64,000 bases of DNA, taken from contig UQJU01000002.1 in assembly GCA_900541355.1 (NCBI GenBank), forward strand, positions 7,987-71,986. Reading direction: 5' to 3'. The notes beneath the pieces were generated by a model, which made no database searches, was not told where the DNA came from, and saw only the letters and a program-made list of their open reading frames with translations. The position numbers and the translations under genes were made by a program. Each line of letters starts with the position of its first letter. Positions within the stretch are counted from its first letter, which is position 1. The stretch is from Candidatus Avelusimicrobium fimicolum (GTDB lineage: Bacteria > Elusimicrobiota > Elusimicrobia > Elusimicrobiales > Elusimicrobiaceae). Of the stretch, positions 54,186 to 64,000 are shown piece after piece.

Positions 54186-55409
54186 TTAGTACAATGGAAT
54201 ATTATACTCGCGGGCCAAAGCATTGTAGCGGTCAATTACTTTGCGTACAAAGCGGCGCTTTTCCACATAACTGCCCGGGAAGAATCCGCTCTTAAATCCT
54301 GCTATTACAATGTTTTTCAGTTCCTTGGGGGCCAGTTCCACATTGCGGACCAACAGTTCCATTTCCTTGGTAACAGTGGTATTGGACACCAAGCGGTTAT
54401 CCGTATTAATGCTGACGGGAAGCCCGCGCTTAATCATTTCTTTAATCGGGTGGTCCTTTACCGATTTGATTTCCGGCAAGGTCTGCAAATTGCTCGTCAA
54501 ACAAACCTCAATACCAATGCGTTCGCTGGCAATATAATCAGCCAATGAATTGACGTAATCTTCTTTATCCTGTACCCGTTTGTCTTTAATCATAGAGGCG
54601 GCAAACAAGTGCGTGCCGTGGCCCAGGCGGTTGGCGTAACAATCGGTAATGGCCTGAAAAATAGATTCCGGACCATAGGCTTCGCCGGAGTGAACCGTCT
54701 TGCGGATAAAATGTTTATGCACATAACGGTAGGCCGCCAAATGGTCAGCCGCCGGATAACCGGCCTCCTCACCCGCCAGGTCAAACCCGACAACAGGCAA
54801 ATGCTCGTCCTTGGCCAGTTTTACGACCATTTTCGCCAATTCCAACGAAGCAATGCCGAAAATTTCGCTCTTGCTGGATTGGGAAAGGGCTTTAATCAAA
54901 TTGGCATAATAAGGCGACATAAACTGGTTAAAATTACGCATCGCACACGCAATTATGCCAAAATAAAATTCCAAATCTTCCTCTTTTTTGACAGCGGCCG
55001 AAGCATTATGTTCTTCCTGCGCGCGCTTTAACCCGCGCACTACCGCGCGAACGGCATCCTGCGCCGACAAAGTGTCGCTCACGTGCAACTGGGGTGCAAA
55101 ACGCACCTCTAAATAACGCACGCCCTCAGCAATTGCATCTAATCCCAGTTCATAGGCCACCCGCTCAATATTGGCGGCATTTCTCATCACGGCCCCGGTG
55201 TAGGAAAAGCCCTTTAAATATTCTACGAGCGAAGCATACTTATCTTTAAAAACCTTTTCGCGCAATCCTTCCTCGGTATAGGCGGGGAGTTCAACTCCCT
55301 CTTTTTGGGCCAGTTCAATTAACGTGGAAAGACGCAGAGAGCCGTCCAAATGGACGTGCAAGTCCGCCTTGGGAATTCGCTGTAAAAACTCACTGGGAAT
55401 CTTCATCAT
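54186..55409 (-). CDS. Adenosine/AMP deaminase family metallohydrolase
   Basis: PKADLHVHLDGSLR has the HxH zinc ligands of the ADA family. C-terminal SINTDN provides the catalytic Asp. 407 aa. Confidence 0.7.
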   Translation of the reverse strand: MMKIPSEFLQRIPKADLHVHLDGSLRLSTLIELAQKEGVELPAYTEEGLREKVFKDKYASLVEYLKGFSYTGAVMRNAANIERVAYELGLDAIAEGVRYLEVRFAPQLHVSDTLSAQDAVRAVVRGLKRAQEEHNASAAVKKEEDLEFYFGIIACAMRNFNQFMSPYYANLIKALSQSSKSEIFGIASLELAKMVVKLAKDEHLPVVGFDLAGEEAGYPAADHLAAYRYVHKHFIRKTVHSGEAYGPESIFQAITDCYANRLGHGTHLFAASMIKDKRVQDKEDYVNSLADYIASERIGIEVCLTSNLQTLPEIKSVKDHPIKEMIKRGLPVSINTDNRLVSNTTVTKEMELLVRNVELAPKELKNIVIAGFKSGFFPGSYVEKRRFVRKVIDRYNALAREYNIPLY

Positions 55410-55410
55410 A

Positions 55411-56811
55411 TTATTTTTTCTCCGCTTGTTGGCCCTGGGGGGTGTCTTTTACCACGTACCCCAACCGGGCAATGGCGTCGCGAAGTTCATCGGACTTTTT
55501 CCAATCCTTCGCACCGCGGGCTTCGGCACGCGCTTTTAAAAGGCCGGCTACTTCTGCCGGTAATTCGCAAGCGGCGGCCTCCTGTTTTTTAAATAAATCA
55601 AGCGACAAAATCGTATCGGCAAATTCCAAAAATGCCAATTTTTCCCCAGCCGCCAAATCGCAGGAGCGGACGGCTTCCCAAGTAACAGCCAAGGCCTTGG
55701 GGGCATTTAAATCGTCCTCCATAGCGGCGGTAAATTTATCCTTCCAGGCTTGGACTTTTTCATTTTGAACGGGAGTGCCTTTGGCTTCGTCTTGGGCTTG
55801 ACAGGCCAAGGACCGCAGATTTTTAAGGCTTTTGGTTGCGCTGTCCATACTTTCGTAAGAAAATTCCAACTGCGTGCGGTAATGCGCGCCCAAGCACAAA
55901 TAGCGGTAGGCCAAAGGTTCATAACCTTTTTCTTTCAGCACATCCAGCGTAACAAAAGTACCGCCGGACTTGGACATTTTACCAGAACGCAAAATTAAAA
56001 ATTCGCCGTGGACCCAATAGTTCACATACTTCTCTCCGGTGGCGGCTTCACTCTGGGCAATTTCGTTGGTATGGTGAATCGTAACGTGGTCAATCCCGCC
56101 GCAATGGATATCCAGCGTATGACCCAAATATTTCATCGCCATAGCGGAACATTCAATATGCCACCCCGGGAAACCGACTCCCCACGGGCTATCCCACTCC
56201 ATTTGGCGTTTTTTATCTTTGGGGGAGAATTTCCACAAGGCAAAATCGGTCGGGTTGCGCTTTTCGTCGCTCATTTCCACACGGGCACCGCCCTGTAAAC
56301 CGCGGATACGGGCGTGGCCGACCAGCGCATCATAACGGTCAAACTTGGAAGTGTCGTAATAAATACCGTCCGTGGTACGGTAGGTATAGCCCTTTTCTTC
56401 CAAGGTTTTAACAAGGGCAATCATTTCCTGAATATGTGCAGTTGCGCGGCTGATAACCGTCGGGCGGGTACAATGCAAGGCGTCGTAATCCTGCCAGAAT
56501 TTTTGTTCATAAAACTTGGCAATATCCCACGCGCTTTTTCCCTCGCGAGCGGCACCGACTTCCATTTTATCCTCACCGGAGTCCGCATCTGACACCAAGT
56601 GCCCCACGTCGGTAATGTTCATAACGTGTTTAAGCGGATAGTGCAAGCGGATGGTGCGGGAAAGCAAATCCTCAAAAATATAGGTGCGCAAGTTACCAAT
56701 ATGCGCAAAGTTATACACAGTCGGCCCACAGCAGTACATTGTTACCTGCTTTTCGTTCTGCGGTCTAAATTCGTCTTTATGGTGCGTGGCGGTATTATAT
56801 AAGTACATCAT
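55411..56811 (-). CDS. cysS: Cysteine--tRNA ligase
   Basis: YCCGPTVYNFAHIGNLRTY (HIGH region) and KMSKSGG (KMSKS) are present. Confidence 0.9.
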   Translation of the reverse strand: MMYLYNTATHHKDEFRPQNEKQVTMYCCGPTVYNFAHIGNLRTYIFEDLLSRTIRLHYPLKHVMNITDVGHLVSDADSGEDKMEVGAAREGKSAWDIAKFYEQKFWQDYDALHCTRPTVISRATAHIQEMIALVKTLEEKGYTYRTTDGIYYDTSKFDRYDALVGHARIRGLQGGARVEMSDEKRNPTDFALWKFSPKDKKRQMEWDSPWGVGFPGWHIECSAMAMKYLGHTLDIHCGGIDHVTIHHTNEIAQSEAATGEKYVNYWVHGEFLILRSGKMSKSGGTFVTLDVLKEKGYEPLAYRYLCLGAHYRTQLEFSYESMDSATKSLKNLRSLACQAQDEAKGTPVQNEKVQAWKDKFTAAMEDDLNAPKALAVTWEAVRSCDLAAGEKLAFLEFADTILSLDLFKKQEAAACELPAEVAGLLKARAEARGAKDWKKSDELRDAIARLGYVVKDTPQGQQAEKK

Positions 56812-57383
56812 TGGTTAGCCTCTTCTTTCAGTTGCAAATAAGTGGATTTAATCGTATTAAAAAACAGCGTGCAGGTGGACTGGCCCACCTCGTTGGCGGA
56901 AGTTTCGCTGAGTTTACAGTTTACAGTAATGTCGGAAAGCGAATTGACCGCGCCTACGCTGGACATAGAATAAGTAAAGCCCACCGGGCGGTATTTTTTA
57001 AGTGCTACCGCGTAGGCCTTATCAAGAGCCTTTTGAAACAAGTTCATATCCTTGCGCGTAGCGGAAGCCCCCAACTGAAATTTACGAGTAGCCACGCTGA
57101 CTACCACGTCGCCATAGTTACCATAGGTGCTGGCTAAATTTTCGGAGGTAAAATCTTCATCTTCCCCCAGTTGCGCTTCCTCGGCGGACGGAGCCGTGGT
57201 TTCCGTACCGGCGGGAATGCCTTCGGGCGGGAAAGGCGAGGTAAATTCGTAATACGCCTGGTTGCCCGGATAGCGGGAATAATCAATACCTTGGGTTACT
57301 TTTTTATGGGAACGGTAATCGGTACTGCTGCACGCGGCCACCAAGCCCGCCAAAACCAAGGTTAAAATAAAACGAATTTTCAT
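56808..57383 (-). CDS. Hypothetical lipoprotein
   Basis: Lipobox LAGLVAAC|SS. 191 aa. No family recognised. Overlaps cysS by 4 bp. Confidence 0.5.
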   Translation of the reverse strand: MKIRFILTLVLAGLVAACSSTDYRSHKKVTQGIDYSRYPGNQAYYEFTSPFPPEGIPAGTETTAPSAEEAQLGEDEDFTSENLASTYGNYGDVVVSVATRKFQLGASATRKDMNLFQKALDKAYAVALKKYRPVGFTYSMSSVGAVNSLSDITVNCKLSETSANEVGQSTCTLFFNTIKSTYLQLKEEANQ

Positions 57384-57395
57384 AGGTACAACTCC

Positions 57396-58568
57396 TTACT
57401 TTTGAATTTTTAACGTAGCCACCGCGTGGCACATTGCCGCTTCCCCGCGGCCAATTTCTCCCACGTGTTCGTGGCTTTTTGATTTAAAACTGACATTTTC
57501 CAAGGGCATTTCAAACACTTCCGCCAAAGACTTACGGACCGTTTCATAATGCGGCTTTATTTTGGGCTCTTGGGTGATAATAGTTGCATCAATGTGTTCA
57601 ATCTGAGCGTGGTGGGAGCGGACAATTTCCAATACTTTTTTAACAATTTTTACGCTGGAAATCCCTTTAATAGATTCGTCCGTAGGCGGAAATAAAATGC
57701 CGATTTCCCCCGCACATAACGCACCTAAAACAGCGTCGCACAAGGCGTGCAGGACCAAATCTCCGTCGCTATGTCCTAAAAAGCCCTTTGTATGCGGGAT
57801 TTCCGCCCCGCCAATAAACAATTTGCGTCCCGGTTCCAAGCGGTGTAAATCAAAACCGAAACCGGTGCGGTAAATAACAGAATTTTCCAAGAGAGCCTCC
57901 GCAAATATTAAATCTTCCGGCGTGGTGATTTTATTGTTCTTGTAGGAAGACGGCACCACGCGCACCTTTATCCCCAGTTTTTCAACCAGTTGGGATTCAT
58001 CCGTCGCCCCTTCCTCTTGCCCGAATTTTTCCAAGGCTTCCGCCAATACCGGGCGGCGGTAGCATTGGGGCGTTTGTGCGGCCCACAAAACCGCTCGGTC
58101 CAGCGTGTTTTGAACAAAACCGCCCTCACAAACTTTAACCGTATCTTTAACAGGCACAGCCAATACCGCTGCGCCGTATTGCCGTGCGGCCTGCAAGCAC
58201 GCGCTGATATGAGCGGGCTCCACCAAGGGGCGTGCCCCGTCGTGTACGGCCACTAATTGGGATGCGGCGGAAGTTTTTAAAAAACCGTTTTTTACCGACA
58301 AAAGTCTTGTTTTTCCGGGATCTGCAAAGACAATTCCAGGAAACCGCTTTTGCAATTCCGCGCGGTTCTCAGGCGGCGTAACCACCACAATTTCTTTAAT
58401 TTCCGGTGTTTGTAAAAACGCTTCCACCGTGCGGACAAGTACGGGCTTCCCGCCAAGCGGCAACATTTGCTTGGGGCGGCCCATACGGCTGCCGCTTCCC
58501 CCCGCTACAATTACCGCTGACGAAAAGCCCGTCTGTTTAGACATAAAAACCTTATTTAACTTTGGCAA
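57396..58568 (-). CDS. ispDF: Bifunctional 2-C-methyl-D-erythritol 4-phosphate cytidylyltransferase / 2-C-methyl-D-erythritol 2,4-cyclodiphosphate synthase
   Basis: N-terminal AVIVAGGSGSRMG (IspD). C-terminal GFGFDLHRL ... GHSDGDLVLHAL (IspF zinc and Asp ligands). Confidence 0.85.
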   Translation of the reverse strand: MPKLNKVFMSKQTGFSSAVIVAGGSGSRMGRPKQMLPLGGKPVLVRTVEAFLQTPEIKEIVVVTPPENRAELQKRFPGIVFADPGKTRLLSVKNGFLKTSAASQLVAVHDGARPLVEPAHISACLQAARQYGAAVLAVPVKDTVKVCEGGFVQNTLDRAVLWAAQTPQCYRRPVLAEALEKFGQEEGATDESQLVEKLGIKVRVVPSSYKNNKITTPEDLIFAEALLENSVIYRTGFGFDLHRLEPGRKLFIGGAEIPHTKGFLGHSDGDLVLHALCDAVLGALCAGEIGILFPPTDESIKGISSVKIVKKVLEIVRSHHAQIEHIDATIITQEPKIKPHYETVRKSLAEVFEMPLENVSFKSKSHEHVGEIGRGEAAMCHAVATLKIQK

Positions 58569-59499
58569 AAATCATCCGTCCAGAAGATGTTTGCAAAATA
58601 GAATATACAGCCACTTCCGTGCGTTTGCCGATATGTTTGCGGCCATCCTCTACCACGACCATTGTGCCGTCATCCAGATAGCCGATACCCTGCTCTTTTT
58701 CTTTACCGTCTTTCATAATAAAGAGGGACATACTTTCCCCGGGCAAAACCACCGGTTTTAAGGCGGTAGCCAAATCCGCCACATTAAGCGCAATTACATT
58801 GTAAAGTGCGGCAATTTTATTTACATTGAAATCAAGCGTTACCACTTCGGCATCCAAACTTTTAGCCAACTTTACAATACGCTCCTCCAAAGTGTCGGCC
58901 TTTGGAGTTTTGCTTGTAATGCGGACGGAAATTTCCGAAAGTTCCTGCAAGCGGGAAGCCACATCCAACCCACGGCGGCCTTTGGCGCGTTCCAACGGGT
59001 CCTTGGACGATACCATTTTGTTTAATGCGTCCAAGACAAACACCGGCAGCACAATCACGCCGGAGAGGAAATTAATTTCGCACAAATCTACAATGCGCCC
59101 GTCCATCAGCGCGGTAACGTCAGCCACCTTTAAGTGGTGCCCCTTGTAAGAAAGCCCCTCCAAATCGCGCGACTTAAACAAACTGGCCAACACCCCAAAA
59201 ACCAGCAGACCGATTTCAAAAGAACGCTGATGCTGGTTCCAAAAAGCCATTACGTCGCCATTGGCAAAGTTGTTCATCCCATAATCAAACAGAACAAACA
59301 ACATATAGCCCAACAAAAAGCCGGAGCAGGCAATCATAATTTTAATAAGGCGCAAGCGTTTGAACAACACTTCGCCCGCCACGACGAGCGCACCGCACAA
59401 AAGACCCGCCAGCAGGCTCATCCACTCTTTATCAATAAAGTTATACGTTAGAAACGGAAATGCTACCAACGTGGAAATACGAAAAATCCAAATAGGCAT
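58552..59499 (-). CDS. PIN/TRAM-domain protein (YacL-like), membrane-anchored
   Basis: 315 aa with N-terminal TM helices, a PIN-like central region and a C-terminal TRAM-like beta domain. Sits next to radA, as YacL does in Firmicutes. Confidence 0.6.
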   Translation of the reverse strand: MPIWIFRISTLVAFPFLTYNFIDKEWMSLLAGLLCGALVVAGEVLFKRLRLIKIMIACSGFLLGYMLFVLFDYGMNNFANGDVMAFWNQHQRSFEIGLLVFGVLASLFKSRDLEGLSYKGHHLKVADVTALMDGRIVDLCEINFLSGVIVLPVFVLDALNKMVSSKDPLERAKGRRGLDVASRLQELSEISVRITSKTPKADTLEERIVKLAKSLDAEVVTLDFNVNKIAALYNVIALNVADLATALKPVVLPGESMSLFIMKDGKEKEQGIGYLDDGTMVVVEDGRKHIGKRTEVAVYSILQTSSGRMIFAKVK

Positions 59500-59603
59500 A
59501 TGCCCTCCAAAAATAGGGGAACCTGTCCCCGGATAAGACTAGTTATATTCTAGCACTTTGCAGGCTATTTTTACAGCGTTTCTTTGACGGCGCACCCGCC
59601 GGA

Positions 59604-60971
59604 TTAACGCAATTTAAGCGCCAAAGCGTTCAAATCGGCCAATTCCACAAGGCTCATAGCACTCAATTTTTGCTTTTCGCCTTTGGTTACCGAGGCTGAA
59701 AAGCCTTTCTTAAAACCTAACCGCTGGGCTTCTTCCAACCTTCGGTCAATAAGCGGGACCTTGGCAACCTGCCCCAAAATGCCCACCTCAGCCATAAACA
59801 CACAATCCGGCGCAACCGGAATCTCCTTGCACGAACTGATTACTGCCGCGCAAACGGCTAAATCAAGGGCCGGGTCCTTCAATTTTACGCCACCCGCCAA
59901 ACTGACAAAGATATCTTTGTTGTCCAAAGACAGCCCGATATGCTTTTCCAACGCGGCAAACAACATTAAGCAACGGTTTAAATCTACTCCCGTAGCCACT
60001 CTGCGCGGGAACGGATAGCGTGTGGGCGATACCAAAGCCTGGACTTCGGTCAAAATTGGTCTGGAACCTTCCAAGGCCAAGGAATATGCCCGGCCCTTCA
60101 TAGCACTATCACGCGAAGTTTGGGCGAAATATTCGCTGGCATTTTCCACCGATTCAAGTCCGTGGCCCGTCATTTTAAACAAACCGATTTCGCCGGTAGA
60201 ACCAAAGCGGTTTTTATGCGGGCGCAACAGGCGCAGGACGTTATCCTTTTCCGTGTCAAAATAGAGCACACAATCAACCATATGCTCCAAAATCTTCGGT
60301 CCGGCCAGTTCACCGTCCTTAGTAACGTGGCCCAACACAAAAGTAATAATGCCCTTGGGTTTACACAAGCGCACCAATTCGCTGGTACACTCGCGCACCT
60401 GCGCCACCGTACCGGCGGAGGAGGTAAATTCCGGGTGGTAAACCGTTTGAATAGAATCCAAAATCAGCACTTCTGGATTAACCTGTTCCACGGACTCCAC
60501 AATTTTTTGGATATCCGTTTCACACAACAGAAAAATATTGTCGCCATTTACTTTTAGCCGTTGGGCACGGCCCGAAATCTGGCCGATGCTCTCTTCGCCC
60601 GAAATATACAGCACCTTTAACGTCTTGGAAAGTTCCGCCGCTACCTGTAACATTAGCGTAGATTTACCGATACCGGGAGCCCCGGCCAAAAGGCTCAACT
60701 GCCCTTTAACCAGACCTCCGCCCAACAAACGGTCAAACTCGCTGATGTGCGTTTGTATGCGCGGCTCTTTTACAGCCTTGCTATCTGCCAGTTTTACAAT
60801 CTCGGAAGAAAAATCCGTAAAACTGCGCGTACGCTGTGCCGCCTTTTTGCTTTCCTGCTGTTTGACTTCTTCTACCAATGTGTTCCACTCCCCGCACTCC
60901 GGGCATTTACCCGCCCATTTGGGGGATTCGTAACCACACTTTTGGCAGACGAAAACTGTTTTAAATTTCAT
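59604..60971 (-). CDS. radA: DNA repair protein RadA (Sms)
   Basis: N-terminal zinc ribbon CQKCGYESPKWAGKCPECGEW. Walker A GAPGIGKST. KNRFG motif. Lon-like C-domain. Confidence 0.9.
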   Translation of the reverse strand: MKFKTVFVCQKCGYESPKWAGKCPECGEWNTLVEEVKQQESKKAAQRTRSFTDFSSEIVKLADSKAVKEPRIQTHISEFDRLLGGGLVKGQLSLLAGAPGIGKSTLMLQVAAELSKTLKVLYISGEESIGQISGRAQRLKVNGDNIFLLCETDIQKIVESVEQVNPEVLILDSIQTVYHPEFTSSAGTVAQVRECTSELVRLCKPKGIITFVLGHVTKDGELAGPKILEHMVDCVLYFDTEKDNVLRLLRPHKNRFGSTGEIGLFKMTGHGLESVENASEYFAQTSRDSAMKGRAYSLALEGSRPILTEVQALVSPTRYPFPRRVATGVDLNRCLMLFAALEKHIGLSLDNKDIFVSLAGGVKLKDPALDLAVCAAVISSCKEIPVAPDCVFMAEVGILGQVAKVPLIDRRLEEAQRLGFKKGFSASVTKGEKQKLSAMSLVELADLNALALKLR

Positions 60972-60974
60972 ACC

Positions 60975-62270
60975 TTATCTGGCTCCGGCCGCAGCCGCCA
61001 TACCAAAGAAAGAAGAAATATCCTGGTCATTAAACGACAGGTTGGCCTTTACCGCAAATTCGTTGGTTTCCATCGCGTCGCGCATCCACGCGCCCACGGA
61101 GAAATAACGGTTCACGCGGAAATCTAATCCGTACGTCAAATTGGGCTTATTGAAGCGGCGCCCATTAATCACGCGGTCGCGGCCCCAATCATAGAACTCC
61201 CCACCCACAGTAAAGCGGCTTAAAAATTCGTCGTCATAGAACGGCTTTAATTCCAAGGCCACCCCACCGCCGCCGCGGATTAAACCGGCGGAAACGGTCG
61301 CCCATTTGTTATAGAGACCAAAGCGGACGTCAAACTTGTTCTTTTCCAAATAGTCGCCGTCTTTAAGTTTATCATCCTCGTTACCGATATTGGCCATACC
61401 TGCGCGGTAAAATGTATAACCGCTGGACGGGAAGATTTCAAGTGCCAGGTCGCTGGTGGCCTGACCCGGGCCGGGCATATAGAAGAAGTCGTAATCCCAA
61501 TACACGCGGAAGCGGCTCATCTTACCCACAAAGGTTTTTACCTCGCCCATTGTTTCCTTCAAATCTTTTACGCTGTCTTTTACGTCCTTCTTCATTTCGG
61601 GGTCCTTAATCAAACTGCCGATAACCCCTTCCCCGTTTTCCAAACTGTTCATCAAAGAGTCCGCCTTAGCCAGCACCTCTTTCAATCGTTCGGAGGCTAC
61701 ATCTAGATTTTCCACAGAATTTGTCAAATACGGACGCATTTGGGCCACTAATTGGTTCAAATTAGCCGATAACTGGCGTACATCGTTCATTGTTTGGTTG
61801 AGTTTTTCCCCAAATTCGCCTTGGTTATTTACGCTATCCACAAATTCTTTAATGCTGGACATTGTTTGCGAAATCATCACATCCATCGGCTGTTCGTTAA
61901 GCCCCGGCACATACTCGCCCGGCTGGATGAGGGGGGCTGAAAGAGGGCCTTGCTCGGCTTTTAAATATTTGGAACCGATAATGCCCGTCATCGCCACGCT
62001 AAACTGTGCCCCGCGGTGCAGTTCCACCCCGTCATTAATAGAGGCCACTACAACCACCTGACCGTTTTCAATTTTGATTTTTTTAACCTTACCGACCTCT
62101 ACCCCCGATAGTTTAACGGGAGCCTGCACGGCCAGGCCGGACACGTCCGCAAACGTGATGTTAATATCGTGTGTTTTGGTTACGGACAGCCCGCCCAAAA
62201 AGTAGAGCGAAAAACCAAAGATAAAAAGACCTAATACGGTAAATATCCCCAATTTTGTTTCCGGTTTCAT
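60975..62270 (-). CDS. MCE-family / MlaD-like substrate-binding protein with extended C-terminal region
   Basis: 431 aa. N-terminal TM segment plus Mce domain (VTKTHDINITFADVSGLAVQAPVKLSGVEVGKV). Long helical C-terminal extension. Operon with the mlaF/mlaE-like genes. Confidence 0.7.
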   Translation of the reverse strand: MKPETKLGIFTVLGLFIFGFSLYFLGGLSVTKTHDINITFADVSGLAVQAPVKLSGVEVGKVKKIKIENGQVVVVASINDGVELHRGAQFSVAMTGIIGSKYLKAEQGPLSAPLIQPGEYVPGLNEQPMDVMISQTMSSIKEFVDSVNNQGEFGEKLNQTMNDVRQLSANLNQLVAQMRPYLTNSVENLDVASERLKEVLAKADSLMNSLENGEGVIGSLIKDPEMKKDVKDSVKDLKETMGEVKTFVGKMSRFRVYWDYDFFYMPGPGQATSDLALEIFPSSGYTFYRAGMANIGNEDDKLKDGDYLEKNKFDVRFGLYNKWATVSAGLIRGGGGVALELKPFYDDEFLSRFTVGGEFYDWGRDRVINGRRFNKPNLTYGLDFRVNRYFSVGAWMRDAMETNEFAVKANLSFNDQDISSFFGMAAAAGAR

Positions 62271-62296
62271 TGTTTATCCTTTTCCTTAAAATAAAA

Positions 62297-63061
62297 TTAT
62301 GCTTTTAACAACTGCATTTGGATAGGCCCTTGGCTGCTGCCCTCCACAAATTGTTTTACATACGGGTTATCCGTTTTTTTAAATTCTTCCGGCGTACCGT
62401 ACATCAAAATATGTCCTTCGTACAAGAACGCAATATAATCGGCAATTTTAAAGGCCGAACGCATATCGTGCGTAATCACGACCGAGGTTACCCCCAGTTT
62501 GGCTTTTAACCCGATAATCAAATCGCTGATAATATCGGACATTATAGGGTCCAACCCGGTGGTTGGCTCGTCATATAAAATCACTTTCGGCTCCACCGCC
62601 AGCACGCGCGCCAACGAAACGCGCTTTTTCATACCGCCGGACAGTTCGCTGGGGTTTAATTTGGCTACGTCCTCTTTTAGCCCCACCAAGGCCAATTTTT
62701 CTTTAATTACCTTGGGATATTCGCTTTCCGGCACTTCGGTTAAATATTTAAGACCAAAAGTAACATTTTCGCCCACGCTCATAGAGTCAAACAAGGCTCC
62801 CTCTTGGAATAAATAACCGAACTTACGGCGGATAGCGGCCAGTTTAATTTCGCTGTGGATTTTTGTAATATCCTTTCCGTCCACCCATATATGTCCGCCC
62901 GTGGCTTCTTCCAACCCGATAAGGCATTTGATTAAGGTGCTTTTACCCGAGCCGGAACCGCCCAAAATGCAAGTGGTTTTGCCCTCTTCTATTTTGAGGT
63001 TTATATCCTTTAACACCTGTTTGGGGCCAAAACTTTTTTTCAAATCTTTAATTTCAATCAT
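62297..63061 (-). CDS. mlaF: ABC transporter ATP-binding protein (MlaF-like)
   Basis: Walker A GGSGSGKST. ABC signature LSGGMKKRVSLAR. Walker B ILYDEPTTGLD. Confidence 0.8.
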   Translation of the reverse strand: MIEIKDLKKSFGPKQVLKDINLKIEEGKTTCILGGSGSGKSTLIKCLIGLEEATGGHIWVDGKDITKIHSEIKLAAIRRKFGYLFQEGALFDSMSVGENVTFGLKYLTEVPESEYPKVIKEKLALVGLKEDVAKLNPSELSGGMKKRVSLARVLAVEPKVILYDEPTTGLDPIMSDIISDLIIGLKAKLGVTSVVITHDMRSAFKIADYIAFLYEGHILMYGTPEEFKKTDNPYVKQFVEGSSQGPIQMQLLKA

Positions 63062-63062
63062 A

Positions 63063-63839
63063 TTAAACCCCGAACGCCGTTAAAATGGCGGTTAAAAAGT
63101 AATCCAATACCAAAATAAGCACAATCGTGGTAACTACGGCCCCGGTGGTAGATTTCCCCACTCCTTCGGCACCGCCGCGCGTGCTGACCCCTTTGTAGCA
63201 GCAAACCGTCGCCACCATAAACGCAAACACAAACGATTTAATAAAGCCGTGCATAAAGTCCTTCACACCCATAAACGAGGTAATATCCGTAATATATACC
63301 TCTCCGGCAACTCCCAGCGCATAAACCGCCACCAAATAGCCACCCAAGACTCCAAACAAGTTGGAAAAAAGTGTTAAAACCGGCATTGTAAACACAAAGC
63401 CAAACATCCGCGGGATAACTAAATAGCGGATAGGGTTCGTGCCTAATGTATAAAGCGCATCAATCTGCTCGGTAACCGCCATTGTGCCGATTTGTGCCGT
63501 TACCGCCGCCCCCGCACGGCCGGAAACAACCACCGCAGTCAGTACCGGCCCTAATTCGCGGATAAGCGAAAAAGTAACAATCGTTCCCACGAAAATAGGT
63601 TCGCCGAAGATATTGCCAATCGTGTTTCCTGCCTGCAACGCCAGCACCATACCCGTAAACAAACTGGTAAGCGCCGTTACGCCCAAAGATTCTACGCCAA
63701 TCGTTACGCTCTGTTCCACCGCCTGACCAAATTCAAAGCGGGAGTGCGTCAGCCAGAACAAAGACGAGCGGACCATTTGGGCGGCTCCGCCCACTTGGCC
63801 GAACAGGTTGGACATATATTTACCAATAAGTGTAAACAT
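63063..63839 (-). CDS. mlaE: ABC transporter permease (MlaE-like)
   Basis: Polytopic MlaE-family permease. Start placed at ATG 63837-63839, which overlaps the alr stop as TAATG. The ORF track's GTG at 63884 is an alternative. Confidence 0.75.
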   Translation of the reverse strand: MFTLIGKYMSNLFGQVGGAAQMVRSSLFWLTHSRFEFGQAVEQSVTIGVESLGVTALTSLFTGMVLALQAGNTIGNIFGEPIFVGTIVTFSLIRELGPVLTAVVVSGRAGAAVTAQIGTMAVTEQIDALYTLGTNPIRYLVIPRMFGFVFTMPVLTLFSNLFGVLGGYLVAVYALGVAGEVYITDITSFMGVKDFMHGFIKSFVFAFMVATVCCYKGVSTRGGAEGVGKSTTGAVVTTIVLILVLDYFLTAILTAFGV

Positions 63840-64000
63840 TATTCTTTGTAAATCCTCGGTACGCGCATCATCAAAAGGGTGCACAATTCATAATCAATCG
63901 TGCCCGCCTTTTCAGCCAGTTCCGCATAAGTAATTTCTTCGTTGCCTTGGCGGCCTACGGCTACCGCTTCGTCGCCCACTTTTACGGACCCAGCATTGGT
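63839..64000 (-). CDS. alr: Alanine racemase, C-terminal fragment (5' part beyond window end)
   Basis: Minus-strand translation VKVGDEAVAVGRQGNEEITYAELAEKAGTIDYELCTLLMMRVPRIYKE* matches the conserved C-terminal pattern of alanine racemases (G.QG.E.I...E.A...GTI.YE..C ... R.PR.Y). Confidence 0.45.
   Translation of the reverse strand, partial: TNAGSVKVGDEAVAVGRQGNEEITYAELAEKAGTIDYELCTLLMMRVPRIYKE

Noticed and set aside
63884-63884. GTG start for mlaE
   Set aside because: It would place 15 codons inside the alr coding region. The downstream ATG with TAATG coupling is more plausible, but this was not verified.

Overview
This 64 kb window is dense chromosomal DNA at roughly 50% GC and looks like a Gram-negative bacterium. 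Most of it is recognisable housekeeping genes, and most genes lie on the minus strand. I cannot place the organism more precisely than that; it carries many type IV pilin/pseudopilin-like genes.

Recognisable genes include:
- Replication, repair and cell division: scpA, scpB, ruvC, radA.
- Translation and tRNA modification: ileS, cysS, hflX, cca, rsmI, and the t6A genes tsaC, tsaB, tsaE with rimI.
- Metabolism: glgA and malQ (glycogen), plsY and gpsA (lipid), ispDF (isoprenoid), gdhA.
- Regulators and nucleoid proteins: yebC, HU, a DtxR-family repressor.
- Envelope: lspA, the mlaFED-like ABC system, MarC and ClC membrane proteins.

RNA genes:
- Five tRNAs: Arg-TCG, Ser-TGA, Lys-TTT, Glu-TTC, plus a degraded Ser-like fragment.
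- A clear type-A RNase P RNA (rnpB), which ORF callers cover with spurious ORFs.

Accessory-looking spots:
- A TnpA-only IS200/IS605 element with low GC.
- A low-GC, cysteine-rich secreted protein gene bracketed by ~60 bp direct repeats.
- A tandem cluster of four prepilin-type paralogs whose intergenic spacers are filled with a family of short palindromic repeats. The same repeats appear next to other secreted-protein genes.
- A degraded tRNA-Ser-like copy and a perfect 40-nt palindrome just downstream of tRNA-Ser, followed by 540 bp of noncoding DNA.
- A Sec-signal-bearing protein whose C-terminus is a CheY-like receiver domain, converging on a single-TM histidine kinase.

A recurrent extended -10 promoter motif, TGCTA(A/C)AAT, sits upstream of several genes, and two genes look leaderless. 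I saw no CRISPR array, no integrase and no obvious defence-system genes.
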